Shown here: positions 48,604 through 58,157 of the stretch, one piece after another | Position numbering within the stretch: position 1 is the stretch's first letter | Layout: every line of letters begins with the position of its first letter | From: an uncultured Candidatus Rokubacteria bacterium | Lineage (GTDB): Bacteria; Methylomirabilota; Methylomirabilia; Rokubacteriales; CSP1-6 | Assembly: GCA_963762145.1 (NCBI GenBank) | Contig: CAVXJS010000009.1 | Location: forward strand, 256,001-320,000 | DNA length: 64,000 bases | Reading direction: 5' to 3' | Notes under the pieces: model-generated | What the model was told of the DNA's origin: nothing | The model's database searches: none | The model's input: the letters and a program-made list of their open reading frames with translations, nothing else | Program-made: the position numbers and the translations under genes

Positions 48604-49020
48604 GTGGCGATGCCGGCCCAGGTCCGCGCCCAGGCGGCCCCGCCCGGCACCGCCGCGCCGGCCCCGGTGACCCGCGAGCTGCAGCAGGCGCTCGCCACCG
48701 CCACCGAACGCTTCCAGGCCCTGGACTCGCCCGGCGTCCTCGCGTTCGTGTCGGAGCAGTACCGCAACGGGCCGTTCACCAAGACGTCCCTGCGCGAGCA
48801 CCTGCAGGCCATGTTCGCCCTCTACGACACCGTACGCGCCCGTGTGCGCGTGGACGACGTGCGCCTGGTGGACGGCGCGGCGTGGGTCTACTCGACCGGC
48901 GAGATCTCGGGACGCCTCCGCGGCGTCGGGCTCTGGACCTCCGCGCTGACCTGGGAGCGCGAGCCCGACGTCGCCCGCAAGGAGAACGGCACCTGGCGCC
49001 TAGTAGGCCCCGGCCCCTAG
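48604..49020 (+). CDS. NTF2/SnoaL-like secreted protein (start uncertain)
   Basis: FQALDSPGVLAFVSEQY...KENGTWRLV pattern. Confidence 0.6.
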   Translation: MAMPAQVRAQAAPPGTAAPAPVTRELQQALATATERFQALDSPGVLAFVSEQYRNGPFTKTSLREHLQAMFALYDTVRARVRVDDVRLVDGAAWVYSTGEISGRLRGVGLWTSALTWEREPDVARKENGTWRLVGPGP

Positions 49021-49142
49021 GCGTCCGATAAGGGGCCATCTGCTTCGTTGGCGCCCTCGACCGCCCGCTCGACGTACAGAGAGTACGCCTCGCGGGCGGT
49101 CTTCGGGCGCCGCCTCGCAGCTGACCCCTTCTCGACGCCTAG
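49017..49142. repeat. ~126-bp structured intergenic element flanked by CTAG (copy 2)
   Basis: Same loops as 12702-12828 with different but complementary stems. Confidence 0.85.
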
Positions 49143-49156
49143 TCCGTCAGCGCTGA

Positions 49157-49858
49157 CTAGAAGAACGGGGAGTAGTACTGGCGGAAGGCGCGGAAGTACG
49201 GGACCGACACGCCGCAGAGCGGCGCGGCGTGAAAGCGCTCGTCGCGCGGATCGAAGCGGACGATGCCCGGCGCGGTGGGATCGTTGGGATCGTAGACGAT
49301 GAAGTCCACCGCGTCGTCGGCGGCGCGGTAGTCGAAAGCCATCACCGAGTGGTTGAACTTGATCCGCGGGAAGTCGGTCACGAACAGCTGCACCGGCCGC
49401 CCCCCCTGTAGCTCGGCAACCGTCTCGCGGGCCACCCGCTCCTGCTGCCCGCGCAGCGACGGGAACGTCATCCGCCAGTTCGTCCAGTGCACGAGCGTCC
49501 AGAAGCGCCCGCGCAGCCCGTCCTTGACCGCGGCGACCTCGGCGGCGGAGAAGGCGTGGAGCGACGGGTAGCCGGGAATGACGATGCGCTGGGCCGGCGG
49601 CAGCGGCGCCCGCCACGCCCCGCGGCGCGTGACGCGATGGACGAGCTCCGCGTAGGCGGCGGACGGCAGGCGCGGCTCCTCCGGCGCGAAGCAGGCGAAG
49701 CGCTGAAACTGGCCGACCGCCCGCGCCATCAGGAAGCAGCGGTTGCAGTAGATGTCGGGCAGGTCGCGGTGGTAGATGCGGCTGTCGTTCCGGAAGGCGA
49801 AGGTGTCGACGCCGAAATTCAGCACCGGACCCGACGTCGGACGGGGAAGGGCGAGCAT
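49157..49858 (-). CDS. Hypothetical protein (possible papain-like Cys/His/Asp arrangement)
   Basis: DTFAFRN, YCNRCF, NHSV, VYDPN. Confidence 0.6.
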   Translation of the reverse strand: MLALPRPTSGPVLNFGVDTFAFRNDSRIYHRDLPDIYCNRCFLMARAVGQFQRFACFAPEEPRLPSAAYAELVHRVTRRGAWRAPLPPAQRIVIPGYPSLHAFSAAEVAAVKDGLRGRFWTLVHWTNWRMTFPSLRGQQERVARETVAELQGGRPVQLFVTDFPRIKFNHSVMAFDYRAADDAVDFIVYDPNDPTAPGIVRFDPRDERFHAAPLCGVSVPYFRAFRQYYSPFF

Positions 49859-52235
49859 CGCGCCGTCGATTATACGGTATGCTACGGCCGCCGTCCGCGC
49901 GCGGCCACGGGAGGAATCGGATCTGACCGCCGTCCTGCTGCTCTACGCGCTCACGCTCTTCGCGGGCGCCACGCTCCTGTTCATGATGCAGCCGATGGTG
50001 GGCAAGATGATCCTGCCGCTGCTCGGCGGCACGCCCGCGGTGTGGAGCACCTGCATGGTGTTCTTCCAGGCCGCCCTCCTCGGCGGCTACGCCTACGCGC
50101 ACGCGAGCAGCGCGCGCCTGCGGCCTTCGCGCCAGGCGCTCCTGCATCTGATCGTCCTCGCGCTGCCCCTGGCCGTGCTGCCCCTCGGCGTGAACCCGCG
50201 CCTGCTGCGCGGCGGCGAGGCCAATCCGGTGCTCGACGTGCTCACGCTCCTGTCGGTCTCGGTGGGCCTGCCGTTCCTGGTGGTGAGCGCGACCGCGCCG
50301 CTGCTCCAGCAGTGGTTCTCCCGGACCGGGCACCCGGCCGCGCGCGATCCCTACTTCCTCTACGCGGCCAGCAATCTCGGCAGCATGCTCGCGCTGCTCG
50401 GCTACCCCACCCTCGTCGAGCCGCGCCTGCCGCTGCAGGGCCCGAGCTGGCTCACCCAGACCGCCCTGTGGAGCGTGGGCTACGGGATCCTCGCGGTGCT
50501 CATCGCGCTCTGCGCGCTGGCCCTCTGGTGGAAGCCGGCCGCCGCGGGGGCCGGGGCCTCCGTGGCCCTCGACGAGGCGGCCGCCGAGCCGGGGCCTGGG
50601 GCGCGGCGCCGGCTGCACTGGATCGCGCTGGCCTTCGTGCCCTCGAGCCTCCTGCTCGGCGCGACCACCTACATCACCACCGACCTGGCCGCGGTGCCGC
50701 TCCTGTGGGTCCTGCCGCTCGCGATCTACCTGCTCACCTTCATCCTCGCCTTCGGCCGCTGGCCCCGGGTGCTCCAGCGCATCGTCGTCGCGATCACCCT
50801 GCCCCTCGTCCTCGTGGTGATCTTCCTGATGGTCGCGGCGACGCCGGAGCGCATCTGGGTCACGGTGCTCTGGCATTTCGGCGTGCTCTTCGTGATCGCG
50901 CTCGGCTGCCACGGCGCGCTCGCCCTCGACCGACCCGCCCCGCGCCACCTGACCGAGTTCTACCTGCTGATCTCGGTCGGCGGCGTGCTGGGCGGCCTCT
51001 TCAACGCCCTGCTCGCCCCGCTGATCTTCTCCTCGCTGATCGAGTACCCGCTCGTGATGGTGCTGGCCTGCGTGCTCCTCCGCGCCGATCGCGGTGACGC
51101 GGGGCTCGGTCTGGGGACGGGTGCGTGGCGGGCCGCGGTCGCGGTGCTGGTGATCGCGGCCTTCGCCCTCGTGCTCTACTCGGAGACGGCCACGCTCCGG
51201 GTGGACTTCTCGTTCCTCGCCCGAATTTTGAAGTGGAGCGGGGGCCGGGTCGGCGCGTGGCTCGATCCGGTCGAGCGGTCGCTGAACCAAGGCCTGATCT
51301 ACGCGCCGCCGCTGCTGCTCGTGTGGCTCCTGCGCCGCCGGCCGCTCCACCTCGGAGTGACGCTGGCCGCGGTGCTCCTGGTGGCCGGCTTCGTGGACGC
51401 GCGCAAGAACGACCAGATCCGCGAGAGCCGCTCCTTCTTCGGCGTGCTCCGCATCTCGCGCGACCGCGACCCCAAGGGCTACACCGAGCTGCGCCACGGC
51501 ACCACGCTGCACGGGCGGCAGAGCCTCGAGCCCTCGCGGCGCGCGGAGCCGCTCTCCTACTACCAGCGGACCGGCCCCATCGGCCAGCTCTTCACCGAGC
51601 TCGACGGCCGGCCCGGAGCGATCCGGATGGCGGTGATCGGCCTCGGCACCGGCACGCTCGCCGCCTACGCGCGGCCCGGCGATCGGGTGACCTTCTACGA
51701 GATCGATCGCCTCGTGCGCGACGTGGCCTTCGATCCCCGCTACTTCACGTACGCGACGGACGCGCGCGACCGGGCCGCGAGCCTGCGCATGGAGCTGGGC
51801 GACGCGCGCATCCGCATGGAGGCGGTGCGCCGGGAGCGGCCCGAGGAGCGCTACGACGTGATCCTGGTGGACGCCTTCACCTCGGACGCGATCCCGGTGC
51901 ATCTCCTCACCCGGGAAGCCCTGCGGCTCTACTTCGAGATGCTGGGGCCGCGCGGCATCATCGCGCTGCACATCTCTAACCGCTACCTGCGGCTCGAGCC
52001 GGTGGTCGCCAACCTGGCGGAGGACCGCGGCTACGCGCGGCTCCTCCAGCACGGCGACTCCGGCAAGGTGCGCGGCGGGGTGGAGGCGAGCTGGGTAATC
52101 CTGGCCCGGCGGCCGGAAGACTTCGGCGAGCTCGCGTCGGACTCGCGGTGGACGACGGCGTCCCTCGATCCGGAGCCCGCGGTCGGCACCTGGACCGACG
52201 ACTTCCACAACGTGCTGTCGGTCTTCAAGTGGTGA
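49776..52235 (+). CDS. Fused membrane protein / spermidine synthase-like methyltransferase (true start probably ~49920)
   Basis: QPMVGKMILPLLGGTPAVW, many TMs, HGTTLHG, IGLGTG, GDAR, VDAFTSDAIPVH, WTDD. Confidence 0.88.
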   Translation: MRLSFRKAKVSTPKFSTGPDVGRGRASIAPSIIRYATAAVRARPREESDLTAVLLLYALTLFAGATLLFMMQPMVGKMILPLLGGTPAVWSTCMVFFQAALLGGYAYAHASSARLRPSRQALLHLIVLALPLAVLPLGVNPRLLRGGEANPVLDVLTLLSVSVGLPFLVVSATAPLLQQWFSRTGHPAARDPYFLYAASNLGSMLALLGYPTLVEPRLPLQGPSWLTQTALWSVGYGILAVLIALCALALWWKPAAAGAGASVALDEAAAEPGPGARRRLHWIALAFVPSSLLLGATTYITTDLAAVPLLWVLPLAIYLLTFILAFGRWPRVLQRIVVAITLPLVLVVIFLMVAATPERIWVTVLWHFGVLFVIALGCHGALALDRPAPRHLTEFYLLISVGGVLGGLFNALLAPLIFSSLIEYPLVMVLACVLLRADRGDAGLGLGTGAWRAAVAVLVIAAFALVLYSETATLRVDFSFLARILKWSGGRVGAWLDPVERSLNQGLIYAPPLLLVWLLRRRPLHLGVTLAAVLLVAGFVDARKNDQIRESRSFFGVLRISRDRDPKGYTELRHGTTLHGRQSLEPSRRAEPLSYYQRTGPIGQLFTELDGRPGAIRMAVIGLGTGTLAAYARPGDRVTFYEIDRLVRDVAFDPRYFTYATDARDRAASLRMELGDARIRMEAVRRERPEERYDVILVDAFTSDAIPVHLLTREALRLYFEMLGPRGIIALHISNRYLRLEPVVANLAEDRGYARLLQHGDSGKVRGGVEASWVILARRPEDFGELASDSRWTTASLDPEPAVGTWTDDFHNVLSVFKW

Positions 52236-53838
52236 GGATGCGCCGCCGCCGGCGCAGGATCTCGCGCGCCGCGTTCCACCCGGGCGAGCCCATCACCCCG
52301 CCGCCCGGGTGCGCGGCCGCCCCGCACAGGTAGAGACCCGCCACCGGCGTGCGGTAGCCCGCGTGCCCCGGCACCGGGCGCAGCGAGAAGAGCTGGCCCG
52401 GCGTCATCGCGCCCTGGAAGATGTTGCCGCCGGTGAGGCCGAATACCCGCTCGATGTCGAGCGGGGTCAGCACCTGGCGCGCCAGCACCGAGCGGCTGAA
52501 GTTGGGCGCGTACTCGTCGAGCAGCGCGAAGCACCGGTCGGCGAAGGCCTCGCCGATCTGGTCCCAGCTCGTCCCCCGGAGCGCATAGGGCGCGTACTGC
52601 ACGAAGATGGACATGAGGTGGCGGCCGGCCGGCGCCACGGTCTCATCCACCACCGAGGGGATCGTGCACTCGAGCACCGGCCGCTCCGAGGGGCGGCCGT
52701 ACTTCGCGTCGTCGTACGCGCGCTCGATGTAGTCGAGATCGGGGCAGATGTGGATCGTGCCGCGGTGCTGGGGCCCGGGCGCGGTGCCGGGACACGCGGT
52801 GAAGCTCGGCAGCTCGCCGAGCGCCACGTTGATCTTGAGCGAGGCGCTCTCGTAGGAGATGCGCGACACCGCGTCGAGGAAGTCGGACGGCAGCGTGTCG
52901 GGGGCGAGCAGGCGCCGGAAGGTCACGTTGGCGTCGGCATTGCTCGCCACGATCCGGGCGTGGCACTCCTCGCCGCTCTCGAGGACCACGCCGGTCACCC
53001 GCGCGTCGCGCACCGCGATGCGGGCCACCGGCGCCTCGCAGCGGATCTCGACGCCCAGGTCGCGCGCGGCGCGCGCGAGGGCCTGGGTGAGCCCGCCCAT
53101 GCCGCCGCGGACGTACCCCCACACGCCGCGGCGGCCGTCGGTCTCGCCCATGACGTGGTGGAAGAGCACGTAGCCGGTGCCCGGCATGGACGGGCTCGCC
53201 ATCGCGCCGATGATCGCGTCGGTGGCCAGCGTGGACTTGAGCTCGGTGGACTCGAACCAGCGGTCGAGGATCGTTCGCGCGGGCCCGGTGAGCAGCTCGA
53301 CCGCCTCCGAGGCGCCGTCGCCGAGCCGGGCGAACGAGCGGCCGAGCCCCAGGAGCTGCAGGAGCCCGCGCGGGCCGGGCCGCAGCAGATCGGGCGGCGT
53401 CACGTCGAGCGTGGGCTCGACGAGCGCGGCCACCCGCTCGAGCATCGCCTCGTACTCCGGATACCGCGCCGCGTCGCGCGCGCTGAACTTGGCGATCTCC
53501 GCGCGGTTCAGCCCCGCGTCCGGGCCCAGAGTGAGCGAGCGGCCGTCGGGTAGCGGCGTGAACGACGAGGGGCTGCGCGGGAGCACCTCGAAGCCGTAGT
53601 CGCGTAGCCGGAGGTCGCGGACGATCTCCTTGCGGAAGAGGCTGTTGACGTAGGCGGCGGTCGAGACCTTGAAGCCGGGGAAGGTCTCCTCGGTGACGCA
53701 CGCGCCGCCCACCAGGTACCGCCGCTCCAGCACCAGCACGCGCAGCCCGGCGCGCGCCAGGTAGCACGCGGCGACGAGGCCATTGTGCCCCGCCCCGATC
53801 ACGATCGCGTCGTGGGCGCGGCCTCCGGCCCCGGTCAC
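52225..53838 (-). CDS. Phytoene dehydrogenase-like FAD oxidoreductase
   Basis: IGAGHNGL, GGACVTEE, GGMG, GGNIFQG, AHPGGGV. Confidence 0.88.
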   Translation of the reverse strand: MTGAGGRAHDAIVIGAGHNGLVAACYLARAGLRVLVLERRYLVGGACVTEETFPGFKVSTAAYVNSLFRKEIVRDLRLRDYGFEVLPRSPSSFTPLPDGRSLTLGPDAGLNRAEIAKFSARDAARYPEYEAMLERVAALVEPTLDVTPPDLLRPGPRGLLQLLGLGRSFARLGDGASEAVELLTGPARTILDRWFESTELKSTLATDAIIGAMASPSMPGTGYVLFHHVMGETDGRRGVWGYVRGGMGGLTQALARAARDLGVEIRCEAPVARIAVRDARVTGVVLESGEECHARIVASNADANVTFRRLLAPDTLPSDFLDAVSRISYESASLKINVALGELPSFTACPGTAPGPQHRGTIHICPDLDYIERAYDDAKYGRPSERPVLECTIPSVVDETVAPAGRHLMSIFVQYAPYALRGTSWDQIGEAFADRCFALLDEYAPNFSRSVLARQVLTPLDIERVFGLTGGNIFQGAMTPGQLFSLRPVPGHAGYRTPVAGLYLCGAAAHPGGGVMGSPGWNAAREILRRRRRILTT

Positions 53839-54821
53839 TCGACCACCTGATCCGCGCGGAGCACCAGCGTCGGCGGCATCGTCAGACCCAGGGTCTTCGC
53901 GGTCTTGAGGTTGACGACCAGCTCGTACTTGGTCGGCTGCTCGATCGGCAGGTCGCCGGGCTTCGCGCCCTTCAGGATGCGATCCACGTAGACCGGCACC
54001 CGCTGCCCCCAGAGCTCGACGATGTTCGGTCCGTACGCCATGAGGCCCCCCGACTCCGCCACCTCCCGGAAGGGCGCCACCAGGGGAAGCCGGTGCTTGA
54101 TCGCCAGATCCGCGATGCGGCGACGCTCCGAGAAGAAGGTCGAGCTCGAGAGCACGAGGAGCGCGTCGGCGCCGTCTCGCTTCAGGGTCTCGACCGCGCC
54201 GTCGTACTGCGCGGTCTCCTGCACCTCGACCACGTGCGACTGGAGGCCCAGGGAGCGCGCGGCCGCCTCGGCCGCCCGGACCTGGCCCACGCCGCCGGGC
54301 CGAGGCCAGGCGAGCACCCCCACGCGGCGCATCCCGGGGAGCACCTCCCGGAGGAGCTGGAGGCGCTTGCCGGCCAGCTCGGGCGCGTGGAGCGTCATCC
54401 CGGTGAGGTTGCCGCCGGGCCGCGCGAGGCTCGCCACCCAGCCCTCCTCGACCGGATCGTCCACCGCGAACGTCATGATCGTCGGGATCGTGCGCGTGGC
54501 CGCCCGGGCCGCCGGGATCGCGAGGCTGCTCACCAGGATGACGTCGACCTTGAGGCCGACGAGCTCGGCGGCCAGCTCGGGCAGGCGGGAGAGATCACCG
54601 TGCGCGTAGCGCTGCTCGATGATCAGGTTCTGCCCCGGCACCCAGCCCAGGCTGCGGATCGCGGGGACGAACACCGCGGCCCCGGTGCTCGGGCTCCCCG
54701 GGAAGAGCAACCCCGCGCGGTACACCCGCCCCTTGGGCTGGGCCGCGACGATGCGCGCCCGGGCCAGGGCGGTCCCCACGATCGCGCCGATGAAGGCCCG
54801 CCGGTTCATTGCCCGCTTCAT
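53835..54821 (-). CDS. ABC-type substrate-binding protein (ABC_sub_bind), Tat signal
   Basis: NRRAFIG, DPV..G.VASLARPGGNLTG, ILKGAKPGDLPIEQPT. Confidence 0.9.
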   Translation of the reverse strand: MKRAMNRRAFIGAIVGTALARARIVAAQPKGRVYRAGLLFPGSPSTGAAVFVPAIRSLGWVPGQNLIIEQRYAHGDLSRLPELAAELVGLKVDVILVSSLAIPAARAATRTIPTIMTFAVDDPVEEGWVASLARPGGNLTGMTLHAPELAGKRLQLLREVLPGMRRVGVLAWPRPGGVGQVRAAEAAARSLGLQSHVVEVQETAQYDGAVETLKRDGADALLVLSSSTFFSERRRIADLAIKHRLPLVAPFREVAESGGLMAYGPNIVELWGQRVPVYVDRILKGAKPGDLPIEQPTKYELVVNLKTAKTLGLTMPPTLVLRADQVVE

Positions 54822-54859
54822 TGCGTGATCCGCCGCGATCCGCTACTGTCACGGGCGCC

Positions 54860-55330
54860 ATGATCTTCGAGCCGGTGACGCCGCGCCTCGAGCGCCTGTG
54901 CCGCGCAACGGTGGAGATCGCCGCGCCCCTCGTGATCGGCGACACGCCGCCCGGCGTGCGGCGCATCATCCCGATCACCGGCGGGCGGGTCGAGGGCCCG
55001 CGCCTCTCCGGCGAGGTATTGCCCGGGGGCGCGGACTGGCAGATCGTGCGGGCCGACGGCGGCGCGGAGCTCGAGGCGCGCTACACCGTGCGCACGCCCG
55101 ACGGCGCGCTCGTGTACGTGCGGAACGTCGGGCTCCGTTGCGGGCCGCCCGACGTGCTCGCGCGGCTCGGACGCGGGGAGACGGTGGATCCGGCGTCCTA
55201 CTACTTCCGCACCACGCCCCGCTTCGAGACCGGGGCTCCGGCCCACGCCTGGCTCAACGACGTGATCGCGGTGGGCTCGGCGGTGCGGCGGGCCGACGCG
55301 GTGATCCTGGACTTCTACGTGGTCGCCTAG
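54860..55330 (+). CDS. DUF3237 protein
   Basis: GVRRIIPITGG, GGADWQ, YYFRTTPRFET. Confidence 0.85.
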   Translation: MIFEPVTPRLERLCRATVEIAAPLVIGDTPPGVRRIIPITGGRVEGPRLSGEVLPGGADWQIVRADGGAELEARYTVRTPDGALVYVRNVGLRCGPPDVLARLGRGETVDPASYYFRTTPRFETGAPAHAWLNDVIAVGSAVRRADAVILDFYVVA

Positions 55331-55359
55331 CCGGCCGGACACCGCAGCGGCGGCCGCGG

Positions 55360-56370
55360 CTAGCGGATCACGCGCCCCGCGCGGCCCACCATCGCCGACG
55401 GGATGGTGATCCCCAGCGCGGCCGCGGTCTTCAGGTTGACCGCCAGCTCGAATCGGGTGGGCCGCTCGACGGGAAGCTCGGCGGGCTGAGCGCCCTTGAG
55501 GATCTTGTCCACGTACGCGGCGACGCGGGTGTTGACGTCGGCCAGGCTCGGGCCGTAGGAGAGCAGGCCGCCCGCCTCCACGATCTCCGGCCACTCGTAC
55601 ATGGCGGGCAGCCGGTGGGTGGCGGCGAGCTGCAGGATCCGCTCCCGGTTGCTCGAGAGGATCGGATCGGCGGTCACGAAGAGTGCCCGAGCCCCGGCCC
55701 GCGTGACGGTCGCGAAGGCGTCCGGATACTGCTCGGGGAGGCGCGCGTCGGCCACGTGGATCTCCAGGGCCATGGTCCGCGCGGCCATCTCGGTCTCGCG
55801 GGCCTCCGCCGCGCTGCTCGGATTGCGGAGGTTGGCGAGCACCGCGACCCGGCGGAGGCCGGGCAGGCACTCGCGAAGCACCTCGAGCCGCTTCCCGGCG
55901 AGCTCGGGGAGGAAGGTGGTCACGCCGGTCACGTTGCTGCCCGGCCGGGCGAGGCTGGTCACGAACAGGCCCGCGACCGGGTCGGTGCCGCTCACCATCA
56001 CGATGGGAATGGTGGACGTCGCGTTCTCCGCCGCCCGGATCGCGGGCGAGGACACCGCGACGATCAGGTCCACGCCGGTTCGCACCAGGTCGGCGGCGAG
56101 ATCGGGCAGCCGCTCAAAATCCTCGTTGGCCCCGCGAATCTCGAACCGGACGTCACGCCCTTCCACGTAGCCCAGGTCGCGCAGACGCTGCCGCAGCTCG
56201 GTCATGCCTCCGCGGGCCGACACCGACGAGGGGGTGAGATAGCCCACCCGGGCGACGCGCTTGGCCGGGGCCTGAGCGGGCACCGCCCGCGGGAGGAGCA
56301 GGGCCCCGGCGGCGCCCATCGTCACGGTGACGAACGCGCGCCGGTCCGTCGCCCTCGTGGCCATGGTCAT
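55360..56370 (-). CDS. ABC-type substrate-binding protein (ABC_sub_bind), Tat signal
   Basis: DRRAFV, SLARPGSNVTG, GGLLSYG, ILKGAQPAELPVE. Confidence 0.9.
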   Translation of the reverse strand: MTMATRATDRRAFVTVTMGAAGALLLPRAVPAQAPAKRVARVGYLTPSSVSARGGMTELRQRLRDLGYVEGRDVRFEIRGANEDFERLPDLAADLVRTGVDLIVAVSSPAIRAAENATSTIPIVMVSGTDPVAGLFVTSLARPGSNVTGVTTFLPELAGKRLEVLRECLPGLRRVAVLANLRNPSSAAEARETEMAARTMALEIHVADARLPEQYPDAFATVTRAGARALFVTADPILSSNRERILQLAATHRLPAMYEWPEIVEAGGLLSYGPSLADVNTRVAAYVDKILKGAQPAELPVERPTRFELAVNLKTAAALGITIPSAMVGRAGRVIR

Positions 56371-56438
56371 TGGAGTCTCTCGCTCTCCCGTCGTAGAATA
56401 GCTCGATCCGGGACCACGTCAACAGCCGCGGGGGCACC

Positions 56439-56816
56439 ATGGGACGAGCGCGTATCCTGGTCATCGACGACGAGCGCGCGGTGCGAGATCTGATCTCGGA
56501 CGCGCTGAAGATCGAAGGTCACGACGTCCTGACCGCCAGCGACGGGAAGGAAGGTCTCGACCTCATCGGCCAGCACCGCTTCGACCTCGTCTTCTGCGAT
56601 CTGCGCATGCCCGAGATGGACGGCCAGGCGCTCTACGAGGAGGTCCAGCGGGATCACCCGCAGGTGCTCAAGCGGATCGTCTTCGTGACCGCCCAGGCCA
56701 ACTCGTCGGACTACGGGCCCTTCCTGCGCACGACCGGGATCCCGGTCATCGAGAAGCCCTTCACCCTGAGCCAGCTCCGGCAGGCGGTCACCAAGATGGT
56801 GGGGCCGACGCGGTAG
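56439..56816 (+). CDS. Single-domain response regulator
   Basis: ILVIDDE, FCDLRMPEMDG, KPF. Confidence 0.9.
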   Translation: MGRARILVIDDERAVRDLISDALKIEGHDVLTASDGKEGLDLIGQHRFDLVFCDLRMPEMDGQALYEEVQRDHPQVLKRIVFVTAQANSSDYGPFLRTTGIPVIEKPFTLSQLRQAVTKMVGPTR

Positions 56817-56830
56817 CGGCACCCGCGCGG

Positions 56831-57847
56831 TCAGTCCTGGCCGAGCGACTTCAGGAAGTCGGCGTTGGTCGCGGTGAGCTTGAGACGGCCCAGCAGCGCT
56901 TCCATCGCCTCCTGCGGCTTGGTGCCGGACAGCGCGCGCCGCAGCATGTGGATCTTCTTCATGTCTTCCTCGGAGAACAGCAGCTCCTCGCGCCGCGTCC
57001 CCGACCGCATCAGATCGAACGAGGGGAAGATCCGCCGGTCGGCCAGCTCGCGCGAGAGGTAGAGCTCCATGTTGCCGGTGCCCTTGAACTCCTCGAAGAT
57101 GATCTGGTCCATCCGGGAGCCGGTATCCACCAGCACGGTCCCGATGATCGTGAGCGAGCCGCCCTCCTCGATCTTGCGCGCCGCCCCGAAGAACGCGCGC
57201 GGCATCTGGAACGCGCGGCTGTCGATGCCGCCCGACATCGTGCGCCCGCGCGAGGAGAGCTCGTTGTTGTAGGCGCGGGTCATCCGGGTCAGCGAGTCGA
57301 AGAGGATCAGCACGTCCCGCTTCTCCTCGACGATCCGCTTCGCCTTGTCGATGCACTGCTCGGTGACCTCGATGTGCCGCCGGTAGGGATTGTCGTTGCT
57401 CGAGGCGACGATCTCGGCCTGCTTGCCGATCTGCATCTTGAAGTCGGTGACTTCCTCGGGCCGCTCGTCCACCAGGAGCACCATCACCACCACCTCGGGA
57501 TGGTTGGCGAGCACCGACTTGGCGATCTTCTGGAGCAGCATGGTCTTGCCGGTGCGGGGCGGGGCCACGATCAGGCCGCGCTGCCCTCGGCCGATCGGCG
57601 CGATCATGTCCAGCGCGCGCATCGAGAGCTCGTCCCGGGTGAGCTCCAGCTTCATCTTCTCGTACGGCTGGACCGCGGTGAGGCCTTCGAAGATCGACGG
57701 GGTGGGCGGCCGTGGAGCGGAGCGTGGCGGCATCGGGCCACGCGGCCCCTGACCTTGTCCTCCGCCCTGGCCCTGCCCTTGTCCCTGGCCCTGACCCTGC
57801 GGCGGTCGGTTCCCGGAGTGGCGGCGGTGGCGGGATCGCCTACTCAA
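56831..57847 (-). CDS. rho: Short Rho termination factor homolog lacking the N-terminal RNA-binding domain
   Basis: PIGRGQRGLIVAPPRTGKT, DERPEEVTD, DSLTR, EEFKGTGNME, SGTRREELL; N-terminus is an R/QG/P low-complexity segment. Confidence 0.85.
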   Translation of the reverse strand: MSRRSRHRRHSGNRPPQGQGQGQGQGQGGGQGQGPRGPMPPRSAPRPPTPSIFEGLTAVQPYEKMKLELTRDELSMRALDMIAPIGRGQRGLIVAPPRTGKTMLLQKIAKSVLANHPEVVVMVLLVDERPEEVTDFKMQIGKQAEIVASSNDNPYRRHIEVTEQCIDKAKRIVEEKRDVLILFDSLTRMTRAYNNELSSRGRTMSGGIDSRAFQMPRAFFGAARKIEEGGSLTIIGTVLVDTGSRMDQIIFEEFKGTGNMELYLSRELADRRIFPSFDLMRSGTRREELLFSEEDMKKIHMLRRALSGTKPQEAMEALLGRLKLTATNADFLKSLGQD

Positions 57848-58129
57848 GTGGGATGCTCATTGGCGCAAACCCTTTCCGTCACCAACATTAGAGGTGAACC
57901 GTCACGCAAGGTCGCTCGGCGCCGCGGTGCGGGGGCACGCGCGGGGGGCCCCGCTCCCGCGGGCCCATGACTGGCTCCAAGTGTACCGGAACGCGTTCTC
58001 CGCCACCAGAGAATCGGGGCCCCCGCGTTCCGGGGTGTTCTTACCGGGTCGTTCGTTCCAGAACCCGGGGCGGCCAGGCCTCGGGTCCGTCCGCCACTGC
58101 CTGGAGAAGAGGTTGCGGCGCGAGACTCG

Positions 58130-58144
58130 CGGCACGTGGCTTGC
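58130..58144 (+). promoter_or_regulatory. Possible sigma-54 promoter
   Basis: CGGCAC-GTGGC-TTGC just upstream of ATG 58158. Confidence 0.45.
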
Positions 58145-58157
58145 TCCGTCTCGTGAC

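Noticed and set aside
53835-56370. Two ABC substrate-binding genes as a transporter operon
   Set aside because: No permease or ATPase nearby; orphan paralogs of this family are common and not notable here
57745-57800. Short tandem CCCTGN repeats as a CRISPR array or contingency locus
   Set aside because: Degenerate codons of the QG tract in the Rho-like gene; no spacers and no cas genes
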